Origin: Candidatus Gastranaerophilales bacterium
GTDB lineage: Bacteria > Cyanobacteriota > Vampirovibrionia > Gastranaerophilales > Gastranaerophilaceae
Length of the DNA stretch: 64,000 nt
Direction: 5' to 3'
Assembly (NCBI GenBank): GCA_910587055.1
Contig: CAJUKY010000003.1
Location: 34,499 to 98,498 of the forward strand
Shown here: positions 62,561 to 64,000 of the stretch, in pieces
Layout of the letters: every line of letters begins with the position of its first letter
Position numbering within the stretch: the stretch's first letter is position 1
Notes under the pieces: generated by a model
Databases searched by the model: none
Seen by the model: the letters and a program-made list of their open reading frames with translations, nothing else
What the model was told of the DNA's origin: nothing
Position numbers and translations under genes: made by a program

Positions 62561-62597
62561 AATTGGTTTTTGTGTTAAAGACTTGGAAAATTAAAAG

Positions 62598-63422
62598 ATG
62601 AGTGAAAATTTTGAAATAGACTCTTTTAAAAAAATTGTAAGATTATCCGATGAAGAAATTGCAGAGCTTTGGAAAATATATCTTGAAGACAAAACTAACA
62701 AGGCCGTCCGCGATAAATTAATCGTTCAATACATCTATTTAACAAGGTATGTAATAGGCAGAATAAAAGTAAATCTACCGTCTACGTACAGTTATGAAGA
62801 CATTACAAGCTACGGCGTAGAAGGTTTAATTGATGCTGTTGAAAAATTTTCACCGCAAAAAGGTGCAAAATTTGAAACCTATGCACTTATGCGCATCAGA
62901 GGAAGCATAATCGACAGAATAAGAGCGGCGGACTGGCTCCCAAGAACCGTAAGAAAAAAGATTAAAGACGTAAAACAGGCAATCGAAACCCTGAAACAAA
63001 AATTAGACAGGAACCCTACCACAAGCGAAATTGCCGAATTTATGGATCTTGAAAAAGAAAAAGTGGAAGAGATTTTAGCGCAGGATACAGGGGTTGATTC
63101 ACTCTATGATAAAAAGGGGCAGGGAGATGAGAGTGTTGAAATCATTGATACCATTGAAGATAAAAAATCCGAACGGCCGGAAGAAGCGGTAGAGAAAAAA
63201 GATGCCAAAAGAGAACTTGAACATGCTCTAAAAAAACTTCCCGAGCGCGAAAGAATGCTTCTTGTATTTTATTACCACGAAAATATGACCTTAAAAGAAA
63301 TCGGCGAAGCTATAAATGTTTCAGAATCAAGAGTCTGCCAGCTTCATGCGCAGGCAATTATGAAATTGAGGAAAATTTTAAGTACATCAAGAAGCGAACG
63401 CCTTGCAAAATCAATAGTTTAA
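62598..63422 (+). CDS. fliA: FliA/WhiG-type (sigma-28 family) RNA polymerase sigma factor
   Basis: Region 2 (YGVEGLIDAVEKF, FETYALMRIRGSIIDRIRAADWLPRTVRKK). Region 4 (MTLKEIGEAINVSESRVCQLHAQAI). Confidence 0.9.
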   Translation: MSENFEIDSFKKIVRLSDEEIAELWKIYLEDKTNKAVRDKLIVQYIYLTRYVIGRIKVNLPSTYSYEDITSYGVEGLIDAVEKFSPQKGAKFETYALMRIRGSIIDRIRAADWLPRTVRKKIKDVKQAIETLKQKLDRNPTTSEIAEFMDLEKEKVEEILAQDTGVDSLYDKKGQGDESVEIIDTIEDKKSERPEEAVEKKDAKRELEHALKKLPERERMLLVFYYHENMTLKEIGEAINVSESRVCQLHAQAIMKLRKILSTSRSERLAKSIV

Positions 63423-63490
63423 TGTTTGGCGAGCTTTTGAAAATTTTCAAAATGTTTATGGGTGCCTTTTAGCCTGTATTTTAAGCAAAA

Positions 63491-63527
63491 AAAATGTTTG
63501 CCCTAATCTTTGATTTTAGCAAACATT
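63491..63527 (-). terminator. Minus-strand intrinsic terminator in an ORF-free region
   Basis: aaatgtttgc (63491-63500) pairs with gcaaacattt (63518-63527). The plus-strand A run just upstream gives a T run after the stem on the minus strand. Confidence 0.5.
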
Positions 63528-63902
63528 TAATAAACACGAGGATATTAAGAGAGAGTAAAAAATATCTGTTTTAAAGTATACAAGCTTATTATCAAGAACC
63601 TGTAATACTTATTTTTGCATCATTCCCATGATGACATTGTCTGTATTATTCCGTTTTCTTCCTTTAAAATTGACCTATCCGCCGGATTATATCCGCTTTT
63701 GCTGATTTTGATTTAATTCCCTTACTCTTTAATAAAGTATTTTTGTTTCAAAAAATTGCCTTTGCGGAAAGTAAATATTAAGAAATATTAAGAACACATC
63801 CCGAAGTATCACAAAATGTCAAAGTATACTAAAATACCCTAACAGTCTTTATTTTATAAAGTTTTTTGCCTTTTACACACGGTTTTTTACACAAAATAAA
63901 AA

Positions 63903-63925
63903 GCGCTTTTTAACACAAAAAGCGC
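63903..63925 (-). terminator. Minus-strand intrinsic terminator (probably for a gene beyond the window end)
   Basis: gcgcttttt (63903-63911) pairs with aaaaagcgc (63917-63925). On the minus strand it is followed by TTTTTATTTT. Confidence 0.5.
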
Positions 63926-64000
63926 AAATTCAAGATAAACATTTTTGAAGATTTCTCTTCTTCGTCTGGTATTTATTAATCTTCTTTATTTTCTATATCT

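Noticed and set aside
1-64000. Search by eye for CRISPR arrays, rRNA, tRNA, tmRNA, RNase P or SRP RNA signatures, transposase or IS ends, and reverse transcriptase/DGR components.
   Set aside because: I found no regularly spaced direct repeats, no conserved tRNA T-loop/acceptor patterns in the intergenic gaps, no GAGGAAAGTCC-type RNase P box or SRP tetraloop motif, and no RT or transposase-like ORFs. A proper tRNAscan/Infernal/ISfinder run is still needed to be certain.

Overview
This is a 64 kb, visibly AT-rich (roughly one-third GC by eye) bacterial chromosomal segment, densely coded on both strands. Many gene pairs show ATGA or 4-nt overlaps, which suggests translational coupling. Most of the window is housekeeping: rel, ribF, pepA, trmFO, rlmN, yebC, pth, tsaE/tsaB, trxA, nth, ilvBN, comEC, a Xer recombinase and a FliA-type sigma factor. 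Desulfoferrodoxin plus ferritin suggest an anaerobe. An RND/MFP efflux pair and a prepilin-type signal suggest a diderm. I cannot assign a lineage from sequence alone. I saw no rRNA, tRNA, CRISPR array, transposase or prophage genes.

Small accessory pockets of orphan genes sit between the housekeeping blocks:
1. An XRE regulator sits divergent from an 857-aa protein that has a prepilin-like N-terminus and a modular poly-glycine body (44389-47541). This is my top candidate for something undescribed.
2. A three-gene cluster of orphan exported or membrane proteins (28807-32021). Its first gene has a G8 tract early in the CDS, which makes it a phase-variation candidate.
3. An overlapping pair of paralogous orphan membrane-anchored proteins behind a long leader (9118-11236).
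4. An orphan consensus promoter plus intrinsic terminator with no ORF, a possible sRNA (17093-17204, minus strand).
5. A protein with two MshEN-like 24-residue motifs (18737-19489), in the same window as a GAF-GGDEF-HD-GYP enzyme.
6. A higBA islet with a perfect promoter and an apparently leaderless toxin mRNA.
7. A divergent phosphohexomutase with an orphan partner.
8. ORF-free regions with more GC or more structure than their surroundings, at 47536-47842 and 63423-64000.

All functional calls rest on motifs I recognised by eye in the supplied translations. No database search was run.
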